Shown one piece after another: positions 34,105-42,194 of a DNA stretch of 47,728 bases; the stretch's first letter is position 1, and each line of letters starts with the position of its first letter. The DNA lies in IMG/VR virus record IMGVR_UViG_3300014202_001126, positions 1 to 47,728 of that record; one strand, written 5' to 3'. The notes beneath the pieces are model-generated. The model searched no databases. It had not been told where the DNA came from and saw nothing but the letters and a program-made list of their open reading frames with translations. Source of the stretch: a virus (Duplodnaviria; Caudoviricetes). Both the position numbers and the translations under genes were made by a program.

Positions 34105-34221
34105 CTCCCGACCGGATCGACAGTCCGCTACGTGAAGTTGGGCAATCTCTCGCCCGCTTAGGATCGCACGAACCCCCCTAATTCTACGGTGAGGGGCGCG
34201 CGACGACGACTTCTCTAATCG

Positions 34222-34670
34222 GGTAGTGGGCTAGTTTGAATTTCAGAATTTCTCTTTGTGGCACGCGGCCGGCAACAATTCCACGATATCGCGGATGGTC
34301 CAAGTCCGGTTCGCGATCCCGATGGCCCGCGCGGGGGTGGTCTTGATGGTCATGTGCTTCCGCACGAAGTTGTGGTGCATGAAGTCCAGGGCGATTGAGT
34401 AGGCCAGATTCTCAGCCTTCTTCGAGAAGGCATTCGTTAGACGAGTGAAGCGGCGGTTCTTCATTCTGATGTTCAAATTCTGGCGCTCCGCGTAGGCCGT
34501 CGAAACGTAGTCCATGTCCGGGTTGCCGTCGATCTGGCGCTTCTTGGCACCCAGGCACTTGCCGGGGCTGTATCGTAACTCAGCTCAGCCGCGATGCTGC
34601 GCTCAGCCTCCTCAAGGGATTGGCAAATACTGCCGTTTGAGCGAGGACAATTTCAAACTGGCCCACTACC
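34222..34670 (-). mobile_element. Internally deleted IS1-family element with terminal IRs and an 8 bp target-site duplication
   Basis: IRs ggtagtgggctagtttgaa (34222) and tttcaaactggcccactacc (34651-34670); TCTAATCG at 34214-34221 and 34671-34678. Confidence 0.85.
34243..34575 (-). pseudogene. C-terminal transposase fragment (IS1 family)
   Basis: STAYAERQNLNIRM..RRFTRLTNAFSKK..HNF..TPA; N-terminal part absent. Confidence 0.8.
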
Positions 34671-34700
34671 TCTAATCGTCGCAGCTTGTGAACAGAGGGA

Positions 34701-34741
34701 TCATAATCCGCGTGTCCGGGGTTCGAATCCCTGCGCCGCTA
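34701..34741 (+). other. attP core: 3' half of a tRNA with CAT anticodon (Met/Ile2)
   Basis: tcataatcc anticodon loop, ggggttcgaatccc T-arm, cgccgcta acceptor strand; no complementary 5' acceptor strand or D-arm upstream. Confidence 0.75.
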
Positions 34742-34941
34742 CTTGGGACGTAACGTCGATGCCCGCCTGGGTTTCGGTCGAGTGCAGATTTTAGGTGAGC
34801 AGCGGAGGATCATTCCGCTGCTCAGTCGCGCCGGCCGAGCTGTCCGCGTGGAGCGTCGACCCGTCCCCCAAGTTTCGGTGCGTGGTTTTTTTGAGCCCGC
34901 GTTGCGGTGTCCCAAACAAGACGTGAACACACGTGCCGACT

Positions 34942-34987
34942 GCCGTCCTGGTCTGCCCCCAAAGCCTTCCAGGGCGGCTCTTTTTTT
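34942..34987 (+). terminator. Putative intrinsic terminator downstream of the tRNA fragment
   Basis: gccgtcctgg/ccagggcggc stem followed by T7. Confidence 0.5.
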
Positions 34988-35326
34988 GCGCCGTGTGTGA
35001 CCCATGGCCAGCTAACGAAATCTTCATTCGGCGCGCACTGCTAGCATCCTTCACTTTGATGGCTCGAACCTGGGGCGATCTCTCCCACCACAGCAGGGGT
35101 AGAAGCGGCGCGATCCGCACAAGCGCGAATCTTACGCGCCCCGGGTAGAAGATACGCACGGAAAGGGGAACGCCCGATCGCGATTCCCTGCACCGATCGT
35201 GCCCCGCTAAACTAAAGCGGCCGTCAGTTGAAGCTGACGGCCGCTCGCGAGACCCGGTCGGGTCCATGCACCTTGAACAATCGCATGGTACGCCGCCGGG
35301 TTTCATCCGACAACCCGAGGTGCGCC

Positions 35327-35872
35327 ATGCCAGCAAGACCGCGTCGCATTTGGAATCGCCTGCAAGAAGAAATTTCAACCTGGAAGCCCACGCACGCCGT
35401 GCTCGGATTCGTCCTCGCCTCATTGCTGGGCGCCGCGTGGACTTCGGTGAAAGGAGCCACCTTGCTGGGACAGTGGATCTTTCTCGTAGCGCTACAGGTT
35501 TGCTTTCTTGCGGTCTCGGAATGGATCCGCCGCAACATCAGCGCGGAGACTGCCAACGAGAAACGCGTCGCCGCCGCACAGGAAGCGTTGATGAACTTGT
35601 CAATTGCGATTCCACCTGTAGCGCCGCCCATCGTCAGACAGGCGATCAGTCCGCTGTTGAGCGCGTATGGCCTCGACCAGGAAGCATGGAAGGACATCTT
35701 GCTCGCGCGGCTGTGCGCGATACTTGCGCCGCGATTGATACAACAAGTCGAGCTCTACTTGCAGGAGGAAGGCACGAACGAGATTGCCCGCTCGTATCTT
35801 GATTCGATCGTCGGAACGCTCTCTCTCGACGATCTGCGCAGCGCGACCGCTCCCGCGCAAAACACTCCCTAG
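35327..35872 (+). CDS. Two-TM membrane protein (moron)
   Basis: GAGGTG RBS; two adjacent hydrophobic helices. Confidence 0.6.
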   Translation: MPARPRRIWNRLQEEISTWKPTHAVLGFVLASLLGAAWTSVKGATLLGQWIFLVALQVCFLAVSEWIRRNISAETANEKRVAAAQEALMNLSIAIPPVAPPIVRQAISPLLSAYGLDQEAWKDILLARLCAILAPRLIQQVELYLQEEGTNEIARSYLDSIVGTLSLDDLRSATAPAQNTP

Positions 35873-35886
35873 CGCCGCGCGTACTT

Positions 35887-35932
35887 CTCCGCGCTCTCTG
35901 CGCCTTCGCCTCTTCGCGCCTTTGCGTTGAAA
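35887..35932 (-). repeat. REP-like repeat (A/B hybrid, minus strand)
   Basis: ctccgcgctctctgcgccttcgcctcttcgcgcctttgcgttgaaa directly after a stop codon. Confidence 0.7.
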
Positions 35933-35951
35933 CGCCGCGCGGAAATTCCTG

Positions 35952-35979
35952 TTGACAGGAAATCTCACGCTGCTAGGAT
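35952..35979 (+). promoter_or_regulatory. Sigma70-type promoter for the int/early operon
   Basis: TTGACA, 16 bp spacer, TGc-TAGGAT (extended -10); the -35 is overlapped by the inverted repeat ttcctgt-tg-acaggaa. Confidence 0.6.
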
Positions 35980-36121
35980 CGGTCCCGTTCACGACTTGTT
36001 TTGTTTTGCGTGCGACGACTCGTTCGTCGCGGGACACGTTTTCAACACGGGCCTTCTCGGTCGCTTCGACCTCTCCACACCTCCAAGCATCATCCGCGGC
36101 CCGCACGGCTGCGCTGGCCTT

Positions 36122-36214
36122 GGGTTGTCGGGCCGAACGCCTCGGAGGCCAGCTTGGCTACGAGTGCGGGGCCGTGTGTCCAAACGCCCGTGTTCGGTCC
36201 AGGCCCGACAACCC
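36122..36214 (+). ncRNA. Candidate C4/CI-like structured RNA in the leader
   Basis: 13 bp closing stem gggttgtcgggcc/ggcccgacaaccc with internal hairpins; upstream complementary segments. Confidence 0.45.
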
Positions 36215-36438
36215 TAGTGCTTGCTCGTTCGTCTCGCCAGCGTGAAGTGCGAGACTCGGTGCTGCGCCGCCTGATCGCTGCCGCCTGCTGATCACGCGCG
36301 CACGCCTGGTCGTCGCCGGCCGGGATGCCAAGACATCCCGGCCGGCCGGTGACCGGCGAGCTACGGAGAGCCGCACGGATGGTGACCGCTGTCTCGGCCG
36401 TGAAGCGACGACGCGACAAGCCTCAAAAGGAGGCAGAC

Positions 36439-37542
36439 TTGTCGATCGATCCCGCGCGCCAGCCATCCAAACCAGCCGCCCATCTGCGACTCTTCACCCC
36501 GGGAGCCGAGCAAGCGCCGCTGCGTGCGACGCCCACCCTCACGCCCCAAATGACCCTCGTCGATTTCTTCGAGGCGTTTTATTTGCCGATCTGCCTCGTG
36601 GCCGCCGGCGCCGATCCCCTCACGATCAAGGTCTATCGCGAAGCGCTCGCGCACTGGACTCGCATCACGGGCAATCCGCCGCTCGCGGAGATCAACGACT
36701 TCGTCGCCGCGACGTTCGTGACCGATCTCGCCAAAGTCCGCCGCTCGAAACGGAGCAACAAACCGATCGCCGTGCCGACCGTGATCAAGCACGCCAACCA
36801 CGTGCAGTTCGTACTCGACATGGCCGGGCCGCGCACGCAACACAAACGCCTCCGTCAGGCCCAGCGCCTGCTCGACGAGGTGCCGTTCTTGCCGAAGCCC
36901 ACGGCCGACGACGAGCTCAAGAGCGGGAATTTTACGCTCGAAGAGATCGAGCGGCTCCTCGACGCCTGTCGCGACATGACGGTGCCTTGCGTGGCCGGCA
37001 TCCCGCCCGTCGTCTGGTGGCGCACGGTGATTGCGCTGGCCTACAACACGGGGCTGCGGATCGGTTCGCTGATGCACTTCCGCTTGAGCTACGTGGAGAC
37101 CAACGAGTTCGGTCGCTGGATCAATCCGCCCGCCAAGGCCGGCGCGAAGAAACGCCGCTCGCGGCCGGTCTATTTGAACGCCGCCGCGCAGCAAGCGCTC
37201 GACGTCTACGAGCAGTTCCGCCGCACGCCGACGCCCACGTTCTTTGGGTTCCCCGGGTGGCCTGCCTCGCAGGGCGTGTTGCAGAAGTACCGCCGCAAGC
37301 TGCTCGCGCTGGCCGGTATCCCCAAGTCGCGACGCTTCGGCTTTCACGGGCTACGCCGCGCGTGCAGTCACGAGATGCACCGCATCGATCCCCGCGCCGA
37401 TCAACTGCAGCTCGGGCACACGAACGAGCGCACTACCGCGAAGCACTACACGTCGGCCCAGGTCGTCACCTTGGCCTCGGAGCGCATGCCGCAACCGAAA
37501 CGACCCGACGCCGACGGCCAACTACGGTTACCGGGCTTTTAA
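36439..37542 (+). CDS. int: Tyrosine integrase
   Basis: TTG after AGGAGG; TGLRIGSL (R), FHGLRR (HxxR), LGHTNERTTAKHY (H, Y). Confidence 0.9.
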   Translation: MSIDPARQPSKPAAHLRLFTPGAEQAPLRATPTLTPQMTLVDFFEAFYLPICLVAAGADPLTIKVYREALAHWTRITGNPPLAEINDFVAATFVTDLAKVRRSKRSNKPIAVPTVIKHANHVQFVLDMAGPRTQHKRLRQAQRLLDEVPFLPKPTADDELKSGNFTLEEIERLLDACRDMTVPCVAGIPPVVWWRTVIALAYNTGLRIGSLMHFRLSYVETNEFGRWINPPAKAGAKKRRSRPVYLNAAAQQALDVYEQFRRTPTPTFFGFPGWPASQGVLQKYRRKLLALAGIPKSRRFGFHGLRRACSHEMHRIDPRADQLQLGHTNERTTAKHYTSAQVVTLASERMPQPKRPDADGQLRLPGF

Positions 37543-37552
37543 TGGGCGATTG

Positions 37553-37566
37553 ATTTCTCAGGAAAC
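37553..37566. promoter_or_regulatory. NBS/parS-like palindrome (ATTTCTCAGGAAAC)
   Basis: Intergenic member of the family. Confidence 0.6.
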
Positions 37567-37708
37567 GGCCGGTGCGACCGGCTGCGGATGGAAGGAAAGG
37601 AAGCCATGCACTTCGCCGCTTACTCGCTGATCACGCTCGCCGCGCTCTGCGGTGCGCCTGCTACGTACGATCCCCCGTCCCCGCCGCCCCCTCATGGAAA
37701 GGAAACCG

Positions 37709-37957
37709 ATGTGCCCTACCGCCACACCACCATCAACCGCGCGCAGATCGCCGACGCCCCGCAGCTCGAACGCCTGCCACGCCCTGCGATCGCTGATCGA
37801 AGCGAGCGAGACGATTCTCGAAGAGTTCGACGAGTACGACACCGACGAGGAGCCGTTGACGCCCGGGGGTCGCGACGCTGCCGAAGCACGCAACCAATCG
37901 CGACGCGTCTACGCCGAACTCAAAGCCGCGGTTGAAATCGCCAAGCTGTTCGCGTGA
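37709..37957 (+). CDS. Phage hypothetical protein
   Basis: AAGGA RBS; helical and acidic. Confidence 0.55.
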   Translation: MCPTATPPSTARRSPTPRSSNACHALRSLIEASETILEEFDEYDTDEEPLTPGGRDAAEARNQSRRVYAELKAAVEIAKLFA

Positions 37958-37966
37958 TTTGTTTTT

Positions 37967-38027
37967 TTCACCGCTGAGACGCGGAATCCTTTAACGCAAA
38001 GACGCCAAGGGGCAAAGGCGCAAAGGA
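37967..38027 (+). repeat. REP-like type A plus type B, ending in the RBS
   Basis: ttcaccgctgagacgcgga; ttaacgcaaagacgccaaggggcaaaggcgcaaagga. Confidence 0.8.
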
Positions 38028-38037
38028 AGGAACAGTC

Positions 38038-38238
38038 ATGACAAAACCTGCAACGTCACGACAACCGTGTGAAGGTTACGAGGAGGCCACGCTTGTCTCG
38101 CTCTATGCGATGTACCAGGCCGACCCGGAGAACCAAGACTCGCTCCACGAGCTGCACGACTTCACCTTTGGGCTCGACGAGCATCCCGAGTGGTACGAAG
38201 GTCCCTGCCTCTGCCTCACGTGCTGCCATGGTGCCTGA
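38038..38238 (+). CDS. Small phage protein bracketed by inverted type B repeats
   Basis: EHPEWYEGPCLCLTC; RBS supplied by the repeat. Confidence 0.65.
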   Translation: MTKPATSRQPCEGYEEATLVSLYAMYQADPENQDSLHELHDFTFGLDEHPEWYEGPCLCLTCCHGA

Positions 38239-38240
38239 CC

Positions 38241-38276
38241 CTTAGCGCCTTTGCCTCTTTGCGCCTTTGCGTTGAA
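38241..38276 (-). repeat. REP-like type B (minus strand)
   Basis: cttagcgcctttgcctctttgcgcctttgcgttgaa. Confidence 0.8.
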
Positions 38277-38309
38277 GGATTCACCTTTAGACCCCAGGGG
38301 TAAAAACCG

Positions 38310-38717
38310 ATGAGTTTGATCCATTCGTTCCCGACTGCCGACCGCGACGTACTGCTCGTCTCGTTCGCCGGCCGCTACCGCACGAAGCTGCGGATGCTCG
38401 TCACCGTCGAGATCGACGCCGCCGCGCCCGAGCTGCGACTCCACTGCCGACCCGACGAAGGGATACGCGTCGACGGGAAGCTGGGCCCGGCCATGCTCGT
38501 GCACATGCGCCCCGATGACTTCACGCGCTTCGAGCTCTCCGAGCTGCAGCGGCTCGAGCTGCGACTGCTCGAGATCGCCCCCGAGGGGGCCTCGTTCTAC
38601 GCCACCGCCAAATGCGCCGAGATCGAACGCGTCGGCAAAATCAACGCCGACGGTCTCTACTCGCTCGAAGACCTGTCGATCTCCATCCCGGTGCTGCCTG
38701 CAGGAGCCGCCTCATGA
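38310..38717 (+). CDS. Phage hypothetical protein
   Basis: 135 aa ORF with typical codon use. Confidence 0.65.
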   Translation: MSLIHSFPTADRDVLLVSFAGRYRTKLRMLVTVEIDAAAPELRLHCRPDEGIRVDGKLGPAMLVHMRPDDFTRFELSELQRLELRLLEIAPEGASFYATAKCAEIERVGKINADGLYSLEDLSISIPVLPAGAAS

Positions 38718-39136
38718 AAGCTCGCATCCGCGACTGGCAATTGCTCGTCGTCGGCCTGCCCGACGGGAAACAGTGGCGCTACGCCGTCGGCCAGGTGAAC
38801 CTGCTCCCCGAAGATGGCCAGTTCCACATTTCGTTTTTCGCCGAGCAAAACGTCTCGATCGAGGCGCCCCGTGCGATCGACGGGTGCGCACCGCTCTACA
38901 CGAACGAACGCTTGCGAGTCGCCTGCGCAGGCCACGCGATCGTAATCCGCCCAACGTGGATCGGAGACGTCCACCAGGGGCCTTGTGCGCTTGTTGAATT
39001 GACCAGGGTTGGCCATCCCTCCTGCAAGATCGCCACCCTCGCGCAGTACAGCCGCTCGAATCTCCAGCTCGCCTGGTTCGATTGTGCGTGCGGTTGTGGC
39101 AGACGGATTCACCGACGAGAGCAGGTGTCAGCATGA
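38714..39136 (+). CDS. Phage hypothetical protein
   Basis: ATGA overlap; AGGAG RBS. Confidence 0.6.
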   Translation: MKARIRDWQLLVVGLPDGKQWRYAVGQVNLLPEDGQFHISFFAEQNVSIEAPRAIDGCAPLYTNERLRVACAGHAIVIRPTWIGDVHQGPCALVELTRVGHPSCKIATLAQYSRSNLQLAWFDCACGCGRRIHRREQVSA

Positions 39137-39369
39137 AAGCCAAACGCTACTCGCGTTACGCGCAGCCTGCCAAAGCCGTCACGTTGCCGCCGCGGTGCCC
39201 TTCGCACCACGATCGCTCGACGTGGGTCTTCAAGCCTCACCCCGATCGGATCGGTATGCTCCGCGCCTACTGCGGCCGGTGTGGTGGGTTCGTAGGAGAT
39301 TGCCACCAGGAAGAGGTCGCCAAGCCAGCCAAACCCGAGAAGCCACCCCGCGCCACGAGGGTCCGCTGA
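39133..39369 (+). CDS. Small zinc-ribbon protein
   Basis: CPSH...CGRCG; ATGA overlap. Confidence 0.55.
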   Translation: MKAKRYSRYAQPAKAVTLPPRCPSHHDRSTWVFKPHPDRIGMLRAYCGRCGGFVGDCHQEEVAKPAKPEKPPRATRVR

Positions 39370-39480
39370 TGCGTGCTCGCGCTGCTCTCCTCCGATCTGC
39401 GAAAGCGCCTGGGTGGTCCGGTCGCGCTTGTCAACCCGCGCAAATCGATCGAGAGCAGCGCCAGCATTCAATGACGGACT

Positions 39481-39518
39481 TTCAACGCAAAGACGCCAAG
39501 GGGCTAAGACGCAAAGGA
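39481..39518 (+). repeat. REP-like type B
   Basis: ttcaacgcaaagacgccaaggggctaagacgcaaagga. Confidence 0.8.
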
Positions 39519-39525
39519 CGTAACG

Positions 39526-39813
39526 ATGAAGACGACGGAAGTGCAAGGCTCGATGATGCTGTTGCCGCCCCCGGATGGTCACTGTCGGATTTGCGCACGC
39601 AAGCACGATCCAACGATGCCGCACGACGCGCAGAGCCTGTTCTACGGGGCTCGTTTCAAGATGCGCTACGGGCGCGAAGGAACGTGGGCCGACGCGATCG
39701 GACACTGCCCGGAGGAAGTGCGATCGCATTGGCGCAAACACCTGGAGAACGCCGGTGTGTGGACCGAGCCGCCGACGGGAGTCGAGCCGATCTGCGAACC
39801 AATCGATGGGTAA
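39526..39813 (+). CDS. Phage hypothetical protein (Cys/His metal-binding)
   Basis: CRICARKH..PH..TWADAIGHC. Confidence 0.7.
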   Translation: MKTTEVQGSMMLLPPPDGHCRICARKHDPTMPHDAQSLFYGARFKMRYGREGTWADAIGHCPEEVRSHWRKHLENAGVWTEPPTGVEPICEPIDG

Positions 39814-39988
39814 CCGTGCGTGAGCTGCTCTGCTTTGATCGGACCGTACTGCGTGGGACGGCTGGACGTTCCAGCCACCAGGCTCAGCGTTTCCATCAAG
39901 CTGATAACGACCAAAGCAGAGCAGCCCGCGGTCGGTACGACCGACAGCGATTTTGTTTTTCACTGCCAAGGCGCGAAGGAGCCGTTTC

Positions 39989-40168
39989 GTGACGAAGGAC
40001 GAAGAGATCGCCGAACTGTGGGCTGCACTCGACGAGCTGATCAAGCTGCAGCGTCACTACGCCCTGCTGCTAAATCAGTACGACGGTGGACGGCGCTTGC
40101 AGTTCCACAGCAGTCGCGACTGGGTCGCTCGCCTGCGCGAGATCAAGGCCTTGTCGGCGCCTGGTTGA
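39989..40168 (+). CDS. Small protein, paralog of the CsrA C-terminal extension
   Basis: GTG after AAGGAG; QRHYALLLNQYDGGRRLQF. Confidence 0.65.
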   Translation: MTKDEEIAELWAALDELIKLQRHYALLLNQYDGGRRLQFHSSRDWVARLREIKALSAPG

Positions 40169-40170
40169 CC

Positions 40171-40198
40171 CTCTCCGCCTCCGCGTCTTTGCGTTGAA
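40171..40198 (-). repeat. REP-like A/B hybrid (minus strand)
   Basis: ctctccgcctccgcgtctttgcgttgaa. Confidence 0.7.
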
Positions 40199-40599
40199 TC
40201 GTTCGTCGTGTTCGAGCTGCTCTGTTCTGTGTCGCGAGTTAGGCCGTGAGAGTGTGCTCGCGCCCGCTTGTTGCGGTGGTCTGGGGATCACAGAACAGAG
40301 CAGCCCGCGCACGGCCGGTACGACCGGCGGTGATTGGGGGAAGTCGTGAGTCATGAAATCGCGTGATTTCGTGAATGGTTGTTTCGCCCGTGAGGGATCA
40401 CGGGTGCAGGCGGTCGGTAGCTAGCCGGCGCCGCGCGTGAGAGGTGCGTCCGATGTCGATCCGAGACCTTCATCCCGTTCGCATGCTGAGCGAACGGAGC
40501 CGGCCCATCCGGTGTCTCGTCGATCGCCTGCCGCGCCTCTCGCGCACGGCGCCGTGACGGAGCGTAGCTCCCGAGCCGCCCTTTTTGGGTGAGGTAGTC

Positions 40600-41742
40600 G
40601 TGCAGGAAAGGATTCGAGCACAGGCAGTGGGAGCGCCGAAGGACCAGGCCATGCACCTGGTCCTGACGAAGCGCGAGTTCAATCTGGGTCCGGTTGCCCG
40701 ATACGGATGGCTGCGCATTTACAGCGATCCGTCACTCGCCGCTTACAGGCTCCCCGCGCAGTTCACGGTGCAAGCGAGCTATATCGGACAACTCATCGGC
40801 GGGGACCGCGCCGCGGGCCTTCGGGTGCTCAAGGCGCTCGCCGAGGAGGGGTTGCTCAAAATGCTTCGTGATACCGCGCACGATCGTCGCAAGACGATCT
40901 GGCGCGTGACGCTGCGCGATCCGACGGAAGTGCTGGTCGCTCGGGGGCTGCTTCGGGCAGACCCCCAGCGCCAGCTTCCCGAGCTAGAGGCCGATCTCGA
41001 CGCCCAGGCCGCGGAGCTGGAGGACGAAGCTGATCGGAGCATCGTCGCCCTGCCCTCGCCCGAGCGCGTCGACGAGAATTGCGACGAGGACCCTCCTTCG
41101 GGTGAGGGCGCCGAGTCGCAAGCCGCCGCCGGTCGCACCGGCCCCGCTCTCCCTTCGGGTGGAGATGCGGTGAAAATTGCGATCGGAAATGCGCGCAATT
41201 TCGATCGCAAAATGCGCGCATCGGCCGCGCAAGATCCTCGGAGAGAAGAGAGTAATAACCAGATCCTGGATCCTCCTGGATCCTCGGTATCTTCTCTCCG
41301 GAAGTCTTCCCTAGCCATTCGGCATGGCGCTAGTGAGGATCTGCCGCCCGATACGATCGGAAATGCGCGCAAAATCGATCGCAATTCTCCGCCGGCTGCC
41401 GAGCCGATTGGGAACCTGGTTCCCACCGCCCTGGCCGGACTGGTCGACAAGGCCGAACGCGACCGCCAACGCTGCGAGCGGATCGATCGCATGATCGCCG
41501 CGCAGCAACGTCGCGTGGCCGACCAGGATTTGCGGGCCGAACCGTGCCGACGGATCGCCGTCGCCGTCGAGGAGGGCCTGCTCGAGTGGGACGAGGTCGA
41601 TCGCTGGCTCGTGGCCGTCGAGAACTACGCCAGCCGCGGCCGACTGACCGTGCCCAAGTGGGCCTTCTACGTGAACGTGATCGCCGCCCGTCGCTTCGAC
41701 GAGCTGCGCATCCCCCGCCCCCAACCCAAGAGAGCGCGATGA
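40600..41742 (+). CDS. Putative replication initiator (N-terminal wHTH, internal origin-like repeats)
   Basis: ASYIGQLIGGDRAAGLRVLKALAEEGLL is wHTH-like; direct repeats in the linker. Confidence 0.55.
   Translation: MQERIRAQAVGAPKDQAMHLVLTKREFNLGPVARYGWLRIYSDPSLAAYRLPAQFTVQASYIGQLIGGDRAAGLRVLKALAEEGLLKMLRDTAHDRRKTIWRVTLRDPTEVLVARGLLRADPQRQLPELEADLDAQAAELEDEADRSIVALPSPERVDENCDEDPPSGEGAESQAAAGRTGPALPSGGDAVKIAIGNARNFDRKMRASAAQDPRREESNNQILDPPGSSVSSLRKSSLAIRHGASEDLPPDTIGNARKIDRNSPPAAEPIGNLVPTALAGLVDKAERDRQRCERIDRMIAAQQRRVADQDLRAEPCRRIAVAVEEGLLEWDEVDRWLVAVENYASRGRLTVPKWAFYVNVIAARRFDELRIPRPQPKRAR
41180..41384 (+). repeat. 31 bp direct repeats (iteron candidates)
   Basis: cgatcggaaatgcgcgcaa(tt/aa)tcgatcgcaa at 41180 and 41354; gatcct repeats between them. 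Confidence 0.65.
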
Positions 41743-42185
41743 GCATGTTGTTCGCCACGCGCGACAAACCGCGCACGCTGCGTTCCTACACCTGCTACCT
41801 GGCGTTCCTGTCACCGAGCGAAGGATCGACGTTCGTTGCCCGCTCCGCGGGGCATGCCAAGGCGCAGTACTTCTATCAACTGCGCGACCCCTGCCCCGAC
41901 GCGCGTTACACCGACATCCGCTGCCTTTCCCATCGGTTGCTGCTCACTTCGCCGGATTTCGCGCGCTGTGCCGAGTATCGGGGCGTGTCGTTTGCCCACG
42001 TGGGGATGCGCGTGCGCGTGGGTGAGTCGCTGGGGACGATCGTCGGTCACAACGCGTCGAGCAACTTCGACGTGCTGTTCGACGACGACGATCGCCGCTA
42101 CCCGGGTTCGATTCTCAATTGCCACCCCAACTCCGGAATCACGTACTTCGACGCCGAAGGCGAACCGATCCGGAGCTACACGTAA
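41739..42185 (+). CDS. Phage hypothetical protein (SH3-like C-terminus)
   Basis: GMRVRVGESLGTIVGHN...NCHP. Confidence 0.7.
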   Translation: MSMLFATRDKPRTLRSYTCYLAFLSPSEGSTFVARSAGHAKAQYFYQLRDPCPDARYTDIRCLSHRLLLTSPDFARCAEYRGVSFAHVGMRVRVGESLGTIVGHNASSNFDVLFDDDDRRYPGSILNCHPNSGITYFDAEGEPIRSYT

Positions 42186-42194
42186 GGAGCCGCC

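Noticed and set aside
34690-34745. Intact tRNA gene
   Set aside because: Only the anticodon loop to acceptor 3' strand is present; no complementary 5' acceptor strand (AGCGGCG) or D-arm upstream, so it is treated as the attP core
34791-35423. Minus-strand repressor gene divergent from int
   Set aside because: The translation shows no HTH or S24 motif, and the ORF crosses a terminator-like structure and overlaps a better plus-strand gene
37607-37935. ORF starting MHFAAYSLITLAALCG
   Set aside because: It has an RBS but overlaps the more protein-like 37709-37957 ORF in another frame, and its C-terminus is low-complexity Arg-rich; left uncalled
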